This document shows, piece by piece, positions 22,700 to 35,523 of a DNA stretch of 53,605 nucleotides. Source of the DNA: Piromyces finnis finn. Lineage: Eukaryota > Fungi > Neocallimastigomycota. The translations under genes were made by a program, and so were the position numbers. The stretch spans positions 1-53,605 of the forward strand of contig MCFH01000106.1 of the NCBI GenBank assembly GCA_002104945.1, read 5' to 3'. The notes under the pieces were generated by a model that was not told where the DNA came from, did not search any database, and saw only the letters and a list, made by a program, of their open reading frames with translations. Position 1 is the stretch's first letter. Every line of letters starts with the position of its first letter.

Positions 22700-23655
22700 G
22701 CTCGCAATTTACTTCTAATTTCTGGTCAAGACTTTGTGACCTTCTTAATATCAAGCATTCATTGTCAACTGCTAACCATCCGCAGACAGATGGTCAAACG
22801 GAGAGGGTGAACGGCATATTAGAACAATATTTCCGTTGTTTTATCAATAAGAAGCAGAATAACTGGGTTGATCTTATTCCATTTGCTGAATTTGCATATA
22901 ATAACACTTTACAGCAATCTATAAATCAATCCCCATTCTTTGCTAATTATGGTTTTCATCCAAAGTTCAGCTTGGAAATCCCGGCTAATGATAGACCTAG
23001 TAGAGCTGAACAAAGAGTAATTGATATGAATAAAAACTTTAAATTATTAAAAGAAAACTTAGAAAAAGCAAAAGAAACATATAAGAAATATGACGATATG
23101 AAAAGAATGAGTCCCCCGGAATTTGAAGTGGGAAAGAAGGTATGGTTATTGAAAGATTCTCCTGGAACTAACTTGAAGAAGAAATTAGCACCTCAAATGC
23201 TTGGTCCATTTGAAATAATTGAAAAAGTTAGTTCTCTCGCTTTGAAATTGAAACTCCCAAAGACAATGAGATGTCATCCAGTCTTTCATGTCTCATTGTT
23301 AGAACCATACTTTGTAAACGAGTTTATAGATAGGTCTAATAGTAGGAAAAGAAATATTCATTTTAACACAGATTTGATTGAAAAAATTCCAGTAAAAATT
23401 GAGAAGATGAAATCTGTTAATGGTGAAACATTTTATAAATTATCGTGGAAAGGATTTGACAAATCCACTTGGGTTTCAGAATATCAGATTCCAGACAAAC
23501 AATTAATACAAGAGTTCGAAAGAAACTCTAAAAAGTCAAAACATAAGTCGAATGATTTCTCCATGAAAATTAGAAAGAATAAAGTTTATAATCTAATTAA
23601 GCATAAATACCAAACATTTGTAATTGAAATTCCTTCGAGAAAGGATTCTTTATAA
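22700..23655 (+). pseudogene. Element D integrase C-terminal half + chromo-like domain
   Basis: RGSQFTS, HPQTDGQTERVN, PVFHVSLLEPY, YKLSWKGF..TWV; fused directly to RNase H (YPIYDKE|RGSQF). Confidence 0.85.
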
Positions 23656-23691
23656 ATTAATCTCGCAGGAGCTCGACTTATAGAGAGAGAT

Positions 23692-24330
23692 TGTAAAGAT
23701 ATCAAACGCCACAGATTGATATCTTTAATGTAACTTAAGCCATAAATATTATTGTTTAAGTTACACGATTATATTAGAGAAAAAGAAAATGGGACATAAT
23801 TTATTTATTAATAATTAAAGTTTAAAACAAAATAAATTGTTAATTTATTTTTAATGTTTAACAAATAAATTAAAATTCTCAATTCAAACCCCTAGTTTTA
23901 GTATTGTTTTGTAATAGAAATAGACATCTAGTATATAATTATTAAATGTTTAATATATCAATAATACATGGGCACATATTCAAATTGAATAGTACTTGAT
24001 TTGAATTACCTATTTAATTGTACTAAAATAGTTATAGTTTAATTATTTATTAATAATTATGATTTTAACATAGGTTTTAAATAATAATATATTTATTTAT
24101 AATATATTATTATTTAAAATTCTCAATATTACAGATTTAAATTGAGAATTTTAATTTATGTTAAACAGTAAAAATAAATTAACAATTTATTTTGTTTTAA
24201 ACTTTAATTATTAATAAATAAATTATGTCCCATTTTCTTTTTCTCTAATATAATCGTGTAACTTAAATAATAATATTTATGGCTTAAGTTACATTAAAGA
24301 TATCAATCTGTGGCGTTTGATATCTTTACA
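23692..24330. repeat. Fold-back 3' LTR: the first ~190 bp of the LTR are repeated in inverted orientation at ~24138-24330
   Basis: Starts TGTAAAGATATCAAACGCCACAG and ends CTGTGGCGTTTGATATCTTTACA. Confidence 0.9.
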
Positions 24331-25129
24331 ATAATTAAAATGATGTTCTTGATTTTTACAGAGATGATTAGATATTATAAAATGAGAATTTTAGTAATAG
24401 TAATAGTGAATAAGTAGTATATTTGTATATGAAAGATAGTTATTTTAAATATATGTTATTAATGAATAAATGTATAATTTCTAAGTATAATATATTTTAA
24501 TAAAGATAAATATTTAATAATAATAAAATGTTTCTTTTGTTTACTTAATAATAATAATAAATAAATAAATAAATAAATAATATATCTTATAATTATTAAT
24601 AAATTGAATATATTATTTCAGTAATATTCCTTATTAACACAACCTCAAAATAAAAAATATTATTATGATATTTTATTTCATAATGTATCAACGTAGACAT
24701 TACGTTTAAAACACCTTTAATATTTGTTTATGTTTATATACATTAGTCACATGTGTTCATAAATATTATATAAATAAATAAAATTATGTGTCCATAAATG
24801 CCCACAAATAAAAATAAAATATTTTTATCTAATATAATAAATTATAAATAAACTAATATTAAATTACTACAACATAAAAGAAACATATATCAAAATATAC
24901 ATCATTTTCATGACTATATGACCTTACATCTCATTATATAACTGTAATATTTACAATGTAAATTTTTCTCTTTGTTAACCTTATTAATAAAATTATTTTT
25001 TAATTAAATTTATTTCACAGATTAAGAGTCTCAAACTCTAATTAATAATAAAATTTCTTAAGAAAAGAAAAAATTAAAGCAAAAATTTTTGTGTATTAAA
25101 ATTTTTTAATACGTCTCAATAATTCATTT

Positions 25130-25273
25130 TAGCCAATTACCAACGTTTTCATGGAAATTTCAAATTTAATACGAGATCTTTTAATCAAGGCAGCCCCTTC
25201 TAGACATGATCTTACTAGCTACCTTGAACAAGACATCGTTGGAACTATTAAAGACTGTGACGATATCAAGTAT
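25130..25273 (+). pseudogene. Short coding-like remnant, possibly copia-type gag
   Basis: Frame IRDLLIKAAPSRHDLTSYLEQDIVGTIKDCDDIKY in a GC-richer patch; family assignment is weak. Confidence 0.3.
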
Positions 25274-25770
25274 TGTAAAAGGTTTATTATATATTAGTAA
25301 ATAAGTTAATGTTAAATAATAAGTTAAATAAGTTAGTTATCAAATCTCTATACGAGTTAATAATTAATTAAAATTTTATAAAAAATAATAAAAGAACTAA
25401 AATAATTGTTATAATACAAAAATAAATATAAATAAATATATATTAATATGAAATATTACCTACTTAAATAATTAATTTTTATTATTATCTTTTATTTATT
25501 AATTATAACTATCTACATTAATTATTATTATAGTTATTAATTTACTTTAATACTAACGCTAAAGTATTTAACGTTAGTTTATACTATACTATTTAACTAT
25601 AATAGTTTATTTACTAAATCACTTGATTGGGTGAAGTAAATAACCTTTCTATTTAATTAATAACCATTAATATATGGTTATGCATATTTCTGGTAATAAA
25701 TGTTAACCAGAATATATGGTTTCATTTGAAATATTTGTGGGCAAACTTATGGCCACAAATATTTCTTACA
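25274..25770 (-). mobile_element. LTR of the TGTAAGAAATATTTGTGG family (no TSD)
   Basis: Reverse complement of 42150-42646 and 41652-42145. Confidence 0.85.
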
Positions 25771-26760
25771 TTGTTATGGTAACATTATGATGCCGGTGTT
25801 AGTTCTTCTGGTTTATTGTAGTATGGTTCAAACTAACTGATGTGAAACACTGGATATAATTTAGGTAAAGGTGGTTTACTAATATCTAGGCGGTAGTTAA
25901 GCTTTGACAATACAACGTTTCTTGGTTGTTAGTGTTCCTGTAGCCTTTCATTATATTCAGCGGTAAAATGCCTTTACCGCTGAATATAATGAAGCCACCT
26001 CAAGCTAACTTGGATAGTAGACTCATTTGCTTCCAACCTTTGGTCTACTTCAAAAAATATTTACTGAAGAGCCTTGTTTATCTCGTTTTTTTAAACCTCA
26101 ATACCATGGAGCTGTTCTTCCATTTCACCCATAATGGCATAAACAAATGCTAAATACTTTAGCTTTAGTATTAAAGTAAATTAATAACTATAATAATAAT
26201 TAATGCATAATAATTATAATTAATAAATAAAAAATACTGGATCTTACCGTAGTGTTTTCTTTGTCAAGAATCATTTCAATTTCATACTTTTCTTCGTTAT
26301 TAAATTATTATAGGTGGTGGTAGTGACTTCTTGTTTCTTCCAAATTTTTCTTCATAGTACAGCTCAAATTCTAATAAGTGAATAATTGGATGAATCCTAG
26401 TATTTGGAGCGAGGTCTATTTTGTAGGATACTTTAGATACTTTTTTTATTATTTTATAGGGTCCAAACATTCTAGGTTTCAATTTCTTGTTTCCATCATG
26501 AATAAAAGTGAGAATGTTTCAAAGATTCCTGAATAGCATTATTATAATTGAATTCAGCTAAGTATAAATAATCATTCCAGTCATTATCTTTGTAGTTAGT
26601 AAAGTATCTTAAATACTGTTCCACAATGGAGTTTACCCTCTCTGTTAAATCATTGGTTTAGTGGTAAAATGGAGAAGATAATTTCCATGGTAATATTAAG
26701 AGAATTACATATTGCTATCCAGAATTTGGAGGTGAATTTATCACCTCTATCAGTTGAGTT
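25771..26760 (-). pseudogene. Decayed gypsy integrase/chromodomain fragments
   Basis: Remnants such as KPRMFGPYKIIKKVSKVSYKIDL..IHPIIH..ELYY and ERVNSIVEQYLRYFTNYKDNDWNDYLYLAEFNY, with many stops. Confidence 0.75.
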
Positions 26761-27309
26761 GTGAATACTTAATCATTAAATTCCTAGGATATCACAATAT
26801 GAGGGGAAATATACAACGTAAAATCCTAATTATTTCATCAATTAAATAAAGTATATTATAGAAGTTTATATTTTATGAATATATGTCCTTGAGTTTTTTT
26901 GGAAATAATGTTTTAGAACTTTATTTTTTCCCCTACTTTTTATTGTAATATTATAATTATTTATATAAATACTCCTTCAAAATATAACTAAATAATTAAT
27001 AGAAATGATAAAATAAGAATCTTTTAATGATGTCAAAACTATTAATTTTTTTATTGTTAATTAATTTAAAAGATATTTGTTTTTAATAAAAAAATTATAT
27101 GAATAATTTCATAATTATGAAAATATTATATAAATATGTTATTTTTTAAAAAAAAATTATATTAAAATTCTAATTAATTATTAAATAATTAAAAATATGT
27201 TTTAATTAAATATATATATTACATAAAAAGGATATGCATTTTTCTATTATTAATAATTAAATATTTTAATATAATAAAAAAAGTATAATTATAGTTGTAG
27301 ATATTTAAA

Positions 27310-28869
27310 ATGAAAAATATATTTTTGATAAGGTTGTATTTTTAAAATTTATAATATATATTTATTTATATAATTAATTTTTTTTTTTATTTTTTTAGGT
27401 TTATATTTTTTATTTATATAATACAAAAAATAGAAATAGTAAAACCTACTTATATTGAATTAAATGGAAAAAGGATTAATAAAAAAACAATAAATAGTAA
27501 TGATTTACCTAGAAAACATAAAAGTTCAGATAATTTAAATTTAAAGAAAAATGTGCAATTATTTAAAAAATATAATGAAACGAATTACAGAAACGGAAAG
27601 GATTTAATTTCTGTAAATATGAGTAGATTAAGCAATTCAATTTTTTTTCATACAATTATTTCAGAGAAAGAATGTTTATCGGAAACTCTTTCATCAATAT
27701 ATTTTATGAAAGGATTTTTAAGAGATATCTGTTTAAAAGAAAAATACTACAATTTTAAAGATATTTTAAGTTCAGATTATGTATCTAAACCATCATTTGA
27801 ATTCTATAATGAAAAGTTATTCTATTATTTAATAGAAAATAAAGGATTTAATGAAGGTTATTCTCGTTTAAGAAACACAAAAAAAAATGTTGCAGTATTT
27901 AATTTGTTTTGGTCAAAGAATTATGGAGCAATTTTGACAGCATATGCATTACAAACAATTTTATTGAAAATGGGATATAATCCATATTTAATTAAATATA
28001 CAAATAAAAAGTTAGTTGAAAAAAATACAGACCCTTTTTGGAAATTTGAACAAGAAAATTTATTTTCAAGCAAGAATATAATTAATTTCAATGATTTAAG
28101 TTTATTAAATAAGTATTATGATAATTTTATTGTTGGTAGTGATCAAATTTGGCGTTATAAATATACTAAACACTTATATAAAACATATTTTTTATCTTTT
28201 GTGGATAAAAATAAAAAAAAAATAGCATATGCAGCTAGCTTTGGAAAAAATTATTGGGAAGGAAGGAAGAAAGTTACAAAAAAAATTAGAAAAAATATAA
28301 GAACGTTTGATGGTATATCAGTTAGAGAAAAATCCGGAATTAAGATATGTAAAAATACCTTTAAAGTGAAATGTAAAGCAGTTTTTGACCCTGTATTTAT
28401 TATGAAGAAAAATGACTGGAAAGCATTATTAAAAAAATCAACAATAAATTTAAATTCATTCTGTCTAATATACATATTAGATGAAACATTTAAATTAAAT
28501 AGTCAAATAAACATTATTATAAAAAGTTTAAATATCACTGGATATTGGTTAAATATAGGAAATACAAACGTATATGATTTTTTAAAAAGTTTTCAGTCTT
28601 CACAAAGAGTTATAACGGATTCTTATCATGGACTTTGCTTTTCTATAATTTTTAAAAAAGATTTTATATGTCTAAATAACAAAGGAAGAGGAGAAGAAAG
28701 ATTTATATCATTATTATCCGATTTAAACCTAATGGATAGATTATATGATGATTTTAGTGAGGTTAAATGGGAAAATTTACCACCGATTGATTATAAAAAA
28801 ATTGAAAATATTATTGAAGAAAAACGAAAAGAAGGCATCGATTTTTTACTTTCAAATTTAGAAAAGTAA
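27310..28869 (+). CDS. Polysaccharide pyruvyltransferase family protein (PS_pyruv_trans-like) with a predicted short first exon and N-terminal hydrophobic anchor
   Basis: Motifs NYGAILTAYALQ, IVGSDQIW, IAYAASFG, ISVRE, FDPVF, ITDSYHG. ATG at 27310 plus a GT..AG intron (27336 or 27333 to 27398) splices in frame to give MKNIFLIR(L)FIFFIYIIQKIEIV... Confidence 0.85.
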
Positions 28870-29309
28870 ATGAATATTTGATAATTAAAACATCTAAAAA
28901 TATAATAATAAATAATTTTTTAATCATAATAATATAGTATTTAGAAAAAAACTTTTATAAATAAATATTTAATAATATTTATAATAATAAAATATATATA
29001 ATATTAATAATCTTTAATTAAATGATTATAGAAAATTTTTAAAAAGATGATATTTTTTCAATATATTAGAATAAGCATAATAGTAATTTAAATAAAATAT
29101 TGACCTTATCGTTAAATTGTATTTAAAATTATTAATCTATCATAATGAATCCTCTTACTAGACATTCATATTAATATTATTATATCTTATATTCGAAATC
29201 ATAAGATATTTTTAATAGCATCTCTTGTTTGTATATTCTTTAAATTATATATATCATCTGCTTCAATAATGTTATACTGTTATACTTAATTTAAAAAGAG
29301 GTTTACTTT

Positions 29310-32300
29310 CCCTTAGGGAACGGGCCTTCATTTATTTTAATAAATGAGGTTTCTCAAGCAGCTCTACTTATGCTCATAGTACTGAGCGAGTAGAAAAAAT
29401 AATAAATAAATCTAATCATTGCTCAATGGATGCTTGGTTAGTCTTTATTGGTAAAAATGTAAGGACTAAGCTCATGATACTGAGCGAATTAACACTTTTC
29501 CATCGAGTATTAGTTTATTAGATGGATAAGTTGAATGTTTGATATTCAGTTAAGTTTGTTTAGCATTTAATTAGAAGAGTAATACATTATTGTTGCTTAA
29601 TTTTTTCTTTTAATTCATGTAGGTACTACTCTTGTAAGAATTCAATGTAGTCAACTTTAGCATTTGCATTGTATTTTTATATTCATGTAACTATTGTTGA
29701 ATTGTTTCCTGTAAGAGATTGATTCACTCTACATCATGTAAAAATACTATTAACAATCTTTCTAGTGTCGACATTCAATTCCGATTTAAAGTTTTACCAA
29801 TTTAAATATTTATGAAAAGTAAAGTCAAATAATTTTTAGTGTCAAAAAGCGAATCGAATTTACTAACAACAAACCAAAACTAGAATTTACAAAGAAAAAT
29901 TACAACTTCAAATTCAAAAAAAGAAATTATAATCAAAGCATTGAAACAATTTTTTGTACTATCCAGTACTTTTTTAAGAAGAAAGATACAGTTTTTTTTC
30001 CCATTATATTTATAATTATTTATTAGTTCTTATTTTATATTCAATTTATTTTTTAATTAGAATTAATTATCATGTCCGTCCTTTATATCAAAGATAAGAA
30101 TTATATCAGACGTGGTACCCGCTCTTATGGTATCCCCTTAGATAATATTAGATCCTTCTTTATCCGTGGTATTCGATCATGGTCAGTTAGCAAACTATGG
30201 GAAAAACTCGAGGTTATTCTGAAGGACAATTTTAATTCAGTTATTAGTGTTAAATATTTGAAGAATTTCAATGATCACTTTTTCTTAGTCAAGGTTCATG
30301 GTTCAATGAAAGACTGTTATAATATTTTACACATCTTAAGGAAGAAACTTTCAACTGCCAAAATTTCCTTTTCAGCTCGTAGTAGAAGGAATCACAAATA
30401 CACTTTTTCTTCACTCAAACGTAAATTTTTAGTTTCCAATAAACAACAACAAACAATTCAACAATCAACTCAACAATCATCTCAACAATCATCTCAACAA
30501 TCTCATCAACATTCAGATCTTCAACAAGATCTCCAACATGAATATACTCCAGATCTACAACAATCACAATTTCAACCTCATCATTCAACAATTAATTCTG
30601 ATAGTTCTATTAACTCCGATAACAATTCAGTAGTTGATAGTTCATCAATTACACCGCCATCTGATAATAGGTCATCTAATTCCTCTGACACATCATCCAT
30701 TAATAACGATGACAATAATAATAATAATAGTTATAGCAATGATTCTTGCTCATCCAACAAGCCCGATAATTTTTCTTTCTGTCTTAGTTGGAATACCAAT
30801 GGGTGGAATCATGAGAAGAGAGATAGCATTAGCTATTTCACAGCTATTTTTAAACCATTATTTTTATGCTTTCAAGAAACTGGGAATGGTTCTGGATCGA
30901 ATACAGAGTATCCTTGTCGTGTTACTTTACGAAATTATAGACACTTTTTCAAGAAAGCTGATGAATCAGTTCCTGGAATGAGAGGTTTATATTTAGGTAT
31001 TCACAATTCGTGTCAAGCCTCACTTGAAAACTTCTTAGGTAAGTATATTATCTCTATTTATACTTTTAGCCTTTGGAATAGATTCAAATGCTCGATTGGG
31101 AATGTTTATATGCCTCATAGTCATCACAACATCTATGTTGATCATGCAAAGTTAGAAGTTCGCTTGTGGTTACAAACTCACTCATCTCATCCATCGATTC
31201 TTGTTGGTGATTTTAATATGTCCAAAGTAAAATTATCCAACTGGTTATCATCTAATGGATTAGGAGATTGGGAAGTTCTTCCACTCAAAGGTTCTTCTAT
31301 CTCTTGGACTCGGGGTGATCAATCTTCCGACATTGATCACGCTCTTATCAACTCGAAGATGAAAGATCTTATTCACTCAGGATCATTCATAAATGATTTT
31401 TATCCTGTTTCAGATCATAAGCCACTCCTTATTAATGGTAAAGTTATTCCTATGGATGATTTTTCTAATGACTTTAGTGTTATTAAGAAAATTCTGAAAT
31501 GGAATAGATTAAAATGTATTGAGGAAAAGAAATCTATTCTCAGTCACAATAAATTCCAAATACTTTCAGCAAAACTCAACGATTCTAATTTTTCGACAGA
31601 TGAACTCTCCAAAGAGTTTACTTCAACTGCTTTTTCAATTGCAGACGAGTTCAGTATTACTTCTGTAAATAATATTATAAAATCGTCATTTCATATTTCA
31701 CAACAAATTTTTAATCTTCAGAAAATCAAAATGAAGCTGTATAGGAAATTTAAAAAAGAAAGAATTTATGATATAGATGAATTGATTAAAAGGATTGAAA
31801 TTTATCATAAGCTCATTAACTACATTCATAAAAAATGTAATGAGTACAGGAAACAAGAATATCTTCATTGGATTAAACCAGGTTGTGAGTATATGAAGAG
31901 TCATAATCCTAAGAAAGCTTGGAAATGGATCAAGAAAACAGCGAAAATCGGAAAAGATACTTTCTTTACTGCTCAACCTATTAAAAATAAAAATGGAGAT
32001 TTAGTTGTTGCTACGGAAGAACAACTAGAGGTATGGCATGATCATTTCGAAAATCTTGCATCTGATCCAAGTGGTGCAAGTCTTGACTTGGAGCAATGGT
32101 ATGAAGAACCAACGAATAAGCGTTTTTCACTCCCTATGCTTGAAGAATGGGATATCAATCAAGATATTAGTATTGATGAAGTCAAGTCAGCTATCCTCTC
32201 TACTCCTAATTATAAAGCATCAGGACCGGATGGTATTCCTATTGAATTTTTCAAAGCATTAATTCCTTCAAGTAATGATTCTAATAATGCTACTGATAAT

Positions 32301-34034
32301 AATTCTTCTGGTAATGCCACTACCGATAATAATGCTCATGGTTTAAACTTTATTCATAAATTATTCAACCGTATTTGGGACGGAGACTTCCCCAGCTCAT
32401 GGAATGAATCCAGTATTGTTTCTATTCCGAAGAAGGGTGATTTGACAGATTGTGATAACTACCGTGGTATATCGCTTATCAATAATGGTATTAAGTTGAT
32501 TTCCAAAATTGTCACCACTAGAATTTCAGAATATGGTCTTAAGAACAATTTCATTAGACCGGAACAATTTGGTTTTCGAAAAAAGGAAGAGAGTATCAGT
32601 CTTTTCATCTCAATCCAAGAAATATGTCGTAGACGTCAATTAGATAATAAAGAGACATATTTGGCCTTTTTAGATCTTAGGAAAGCATACGATTCAGTCC
32701 CAATCGGTAATATCCTACATAAATTAGATTGTTTAGGAATTAGAGGTAAGAGTTTACAGTTCCTAAAAAAATTATATCTAACATCTAAGGCTAATGCCAA
32801 ATTAGATGGACAATTCTCGAAATCTTTTGATGTGAAGAAAGGAGTCCGTCAAGGTTGCCCACTTTCTCCAATTCTCTTTAATCTCTTTATTAATGATATT
32901 TTTTAAGGGTGCGAAGATCTTGGAGTCAGTTTAGGAGGCATTCGATGCTGCGGTGGACTATTTGCAGATGATATAGTTATTTGTGCTCCTACAAGATGCT
33001 GCTTAAAAAAGTTGCTTAAAAAAGTTAACGAATGGGCGATGTATAATGAAATGGAATTTGGTATCAAAAAATGTTCAACGATGGTGATTCGTCCTGAATC
33101 AGTTGAAAATCAGAACAAGAGAGATCCAACATTCTACTTGGCAGGACAACCCATTCCAACTACTGATTGCTACACTTATCTTGGTGTTCCATTTGATAAG
33201 AATTTGTCTCTTAAACCAGTTATTAAAGCTCTTAATAATAAGGTTTTGAAAGGACTTTTTTCAGTCAGTAAATTCTTAAGAAACCCTAATATTCCTATTC
33301 CTTTTAAAAAGCTAGTACTTAACTCACAAGTGATCAGCAGAGTTTCGTACTTTGCACCATTACTTGGATCCAATAAAGCTAGGTCTAGAATTGCTCAGAA
33401 GCATGTTAACAAAGGAATACGGTGGGTTGCAGGAGTTCATAAAGCTGTATCGTTTATATCTCTATATTCTATTTCAAAAGATTTGGGTATTCCTCCATTG
33501 TCAGCCAAATGCGCATTAGCTCAGGTTAGATGTTTTAACAAGTGGAGAAACTCAAATTATATTATTTCACACCTTGTCAAGTACATTCCTAAATTTAGAA
33601 AATATACATGGTGCAAATCAAGTAGGACACTTGATAAAAAATTAAAGAAGCATGGAGATGTTAAAGCAGTTAAAAACTTTTATTTGAAAGATCTCAAAGG
33701 AAAATCAATCAAAGCTCAATACTATGACGATAATAAATTTATTGAAACTAAAGACTTTATTAAATTATGCTATGAGTACCCAGAGTTTGCCTATGGTTTC
33801 TACTGGCTTTTGAAAGCAAGAAGCGGATACAAGTTGGATGCTAGAGTTGCCAAAGCCGCTAAATTCGTTGATCCAGTTTGTCCTAACTACTGTCCATGTT
33901 GCAAGAGTGGAGATCAAAGTATTAAACATTGGTTATTAGATTGTCCAACATTTAGAGATATACGTATTAAATATTATGATTACATAGTCCAACTATTAAA
34001 TCTTTTCAATCAACGTAATTCCGATAGTCCTATC
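29310..34034 (+). mobile_element. LINE (APE-RT) copy 1: structured 5' UTR plus one long ORF, broken at 34034
   Basis: Homologous to 50273-53605; ends abruptly against an LTR half. Confidence 0.92.
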
Positions 34035-34040
34035 ATTTAG
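30072..34040 (+). pseudogene. LINE ORF: RRM-like N-terminus, Q/S/N linker, APE endonuclease, RT, CCHC finger; one in-frame TAA at 32904-32906
   Basis: SWNTNG, FQET, VGDFN, IDH, SDHKP; NYRGISL, QFGF, LDLRKAYD, GVRQGCPLSP, FADD; CPCC...HWLLDC. ORFs 30072 and 33012 share a frame. Confidence 0.92.
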
Positions 34041-34235
34041 AAAAAGTATAAATAGAAGTGATTTGAATCAAAAAATTAAATAGTGTGTTTTTATTAACTT
34101 GTAACTTTAAAATTTAAAATTAAAAATAATTAATAATAAAAAAATTTATTCTAAATAAAATTAAACAAAATTTATCAACCTATAGGGAAATAAATAATAT
34201 TTTCTATATAAATTTTTATATAAATACACGTTACA
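34035..34235 (+). mobile_element. 3' half of an LTR (element C family)
   Basis: Reverse complement of 44376-44600; ends CACGTTACA; begins where the half at 16170-16468 stops. Confidence 0.85.
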
Positions 34236-34238
34236 ATT

Positions 34239-35523
34239 ATGTACAACCCTCTACCAAATATCCTCAAGGATAAAATATTAATGAGTTCTCAATACACACA
34301 GGAAACATTATATGAAATTATAAAAGATAGATATACTTTTATCTGCTACCAAATAGAATACAACAATAACCAAAACCACAATCAAAGAAGTAACAATTTT
34401 AACCTTAAAAACATGAGAAGAAATAATAATCCATCAGATCACTACTACCAGGAAGACTTACACAAATATTTGGAACTTAGAACGAAGGAAAATGACCAAT
34501 GTATTGACTGCAAAATATCAAAACTGAAGGCAAAACCTCATAATAAAGTTACTCCAAAAGCCTCTAATATCTTGGAAACAATCCATTCAGACATTATTGG
34601 TCCCATAACACCAACATCAATAGATGATATGAAATATATCATCACATTTATTGATGAATTCAGTAGGAAATCTTGGGTTTGTTTACTTAAAGAAAAGGCC
34701 GAAGCAACCAACACAATTTTAAACTTCTTAAAATACATAAATAATTATTTTGAAAACAATATAAAATTTTTCAAAAGTGATAATGGGCGCGAATTTAACA
34801 ATAAAAGAATAAAGAAATACTGCAGAAAGGTTGGTATCAAGAAGTTATTTTCTCCACCATATAATCCTGAAAATAATGGTATTGCCGAGAGATTCAACCA
34901 AACCATTATCAACTCCGCGAAGACCTTAATTTTTTGGGCCAAGCTTAGCTTAGATTTCTGGTCATATGCTGTAATTTATACAAATCACCTGTATAACATT
35001 TCACAAAGAAAGGGAATCTCAAATTTAATACCAAACGAAATTTTCTACAACAAAGTAGTAAACATTGATAAAATCAAGGTATTTGACTGTGTATCCTACT
35101 ATAACAAGATGAAAAATAAAACATCAAAATTTGAAACTAGCTCACAAAAAGGCATTTTTAGGTATAAAATTTAATAAAAATTGTTATATAATTATGGATA
35201 CACGTGATCAATCTATTCACTTAGTGAGAGAAGCTGCTTTTCTAGAAGAGAAGCCAGGAAATTTTACATTTAATAACCAACATAACATTAACAACCATCC
35301 AAACCACTACAATATATTCGAGAATTTCAACTCTGATATTAATCACACCGACGAAAAAATAAACAAGAACCTTAATGATGAAGTGGAAAATAACGCCACA
35401 TTTGAATACAATAGTAGTAATAATTCCAACAACAATAATGATATAAATAAAAATTATGACGCAACGAATGTTAATAGCAATATAACTTTTGAAAACAAGA
35501 TAAACAACCAGAATTTAGACAAT
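34239..35523 (+). pseudogene. Ty1/copia pre-integrase + integrase fragment
   Basis: CIDCKISK; IHSDIIGP, FIDEFSRKSWV, FKSDNGREF, NPENNGIAERFNQTI; frameshift near 35160; cut by an LTR at 35524. Confidence 0.88.

Larger units (their letters stand above)
19008..24330 (+). mobile_element. Degenerate Ty3/gypsy element D
   Basis: 5' LTR 19008-19573, self-priming PBS 19574-19584, gag-pro-RT with nonsense codons, internal RNase H-integrase deletion near 22697, PPT AGAGAGAGA and 3' LTR starting at 23692. Confidence 0.9.

Noticed and set aside
29380-29400. CTGAGCGAGTAGAAA as a hammerhead core; GAGCGAAT at ~29484 as an HDV J4/2
   Set aside because: CUGANGA spacing is wrong, stem II is missing, and no P2/P3 pseudoknot could be built.
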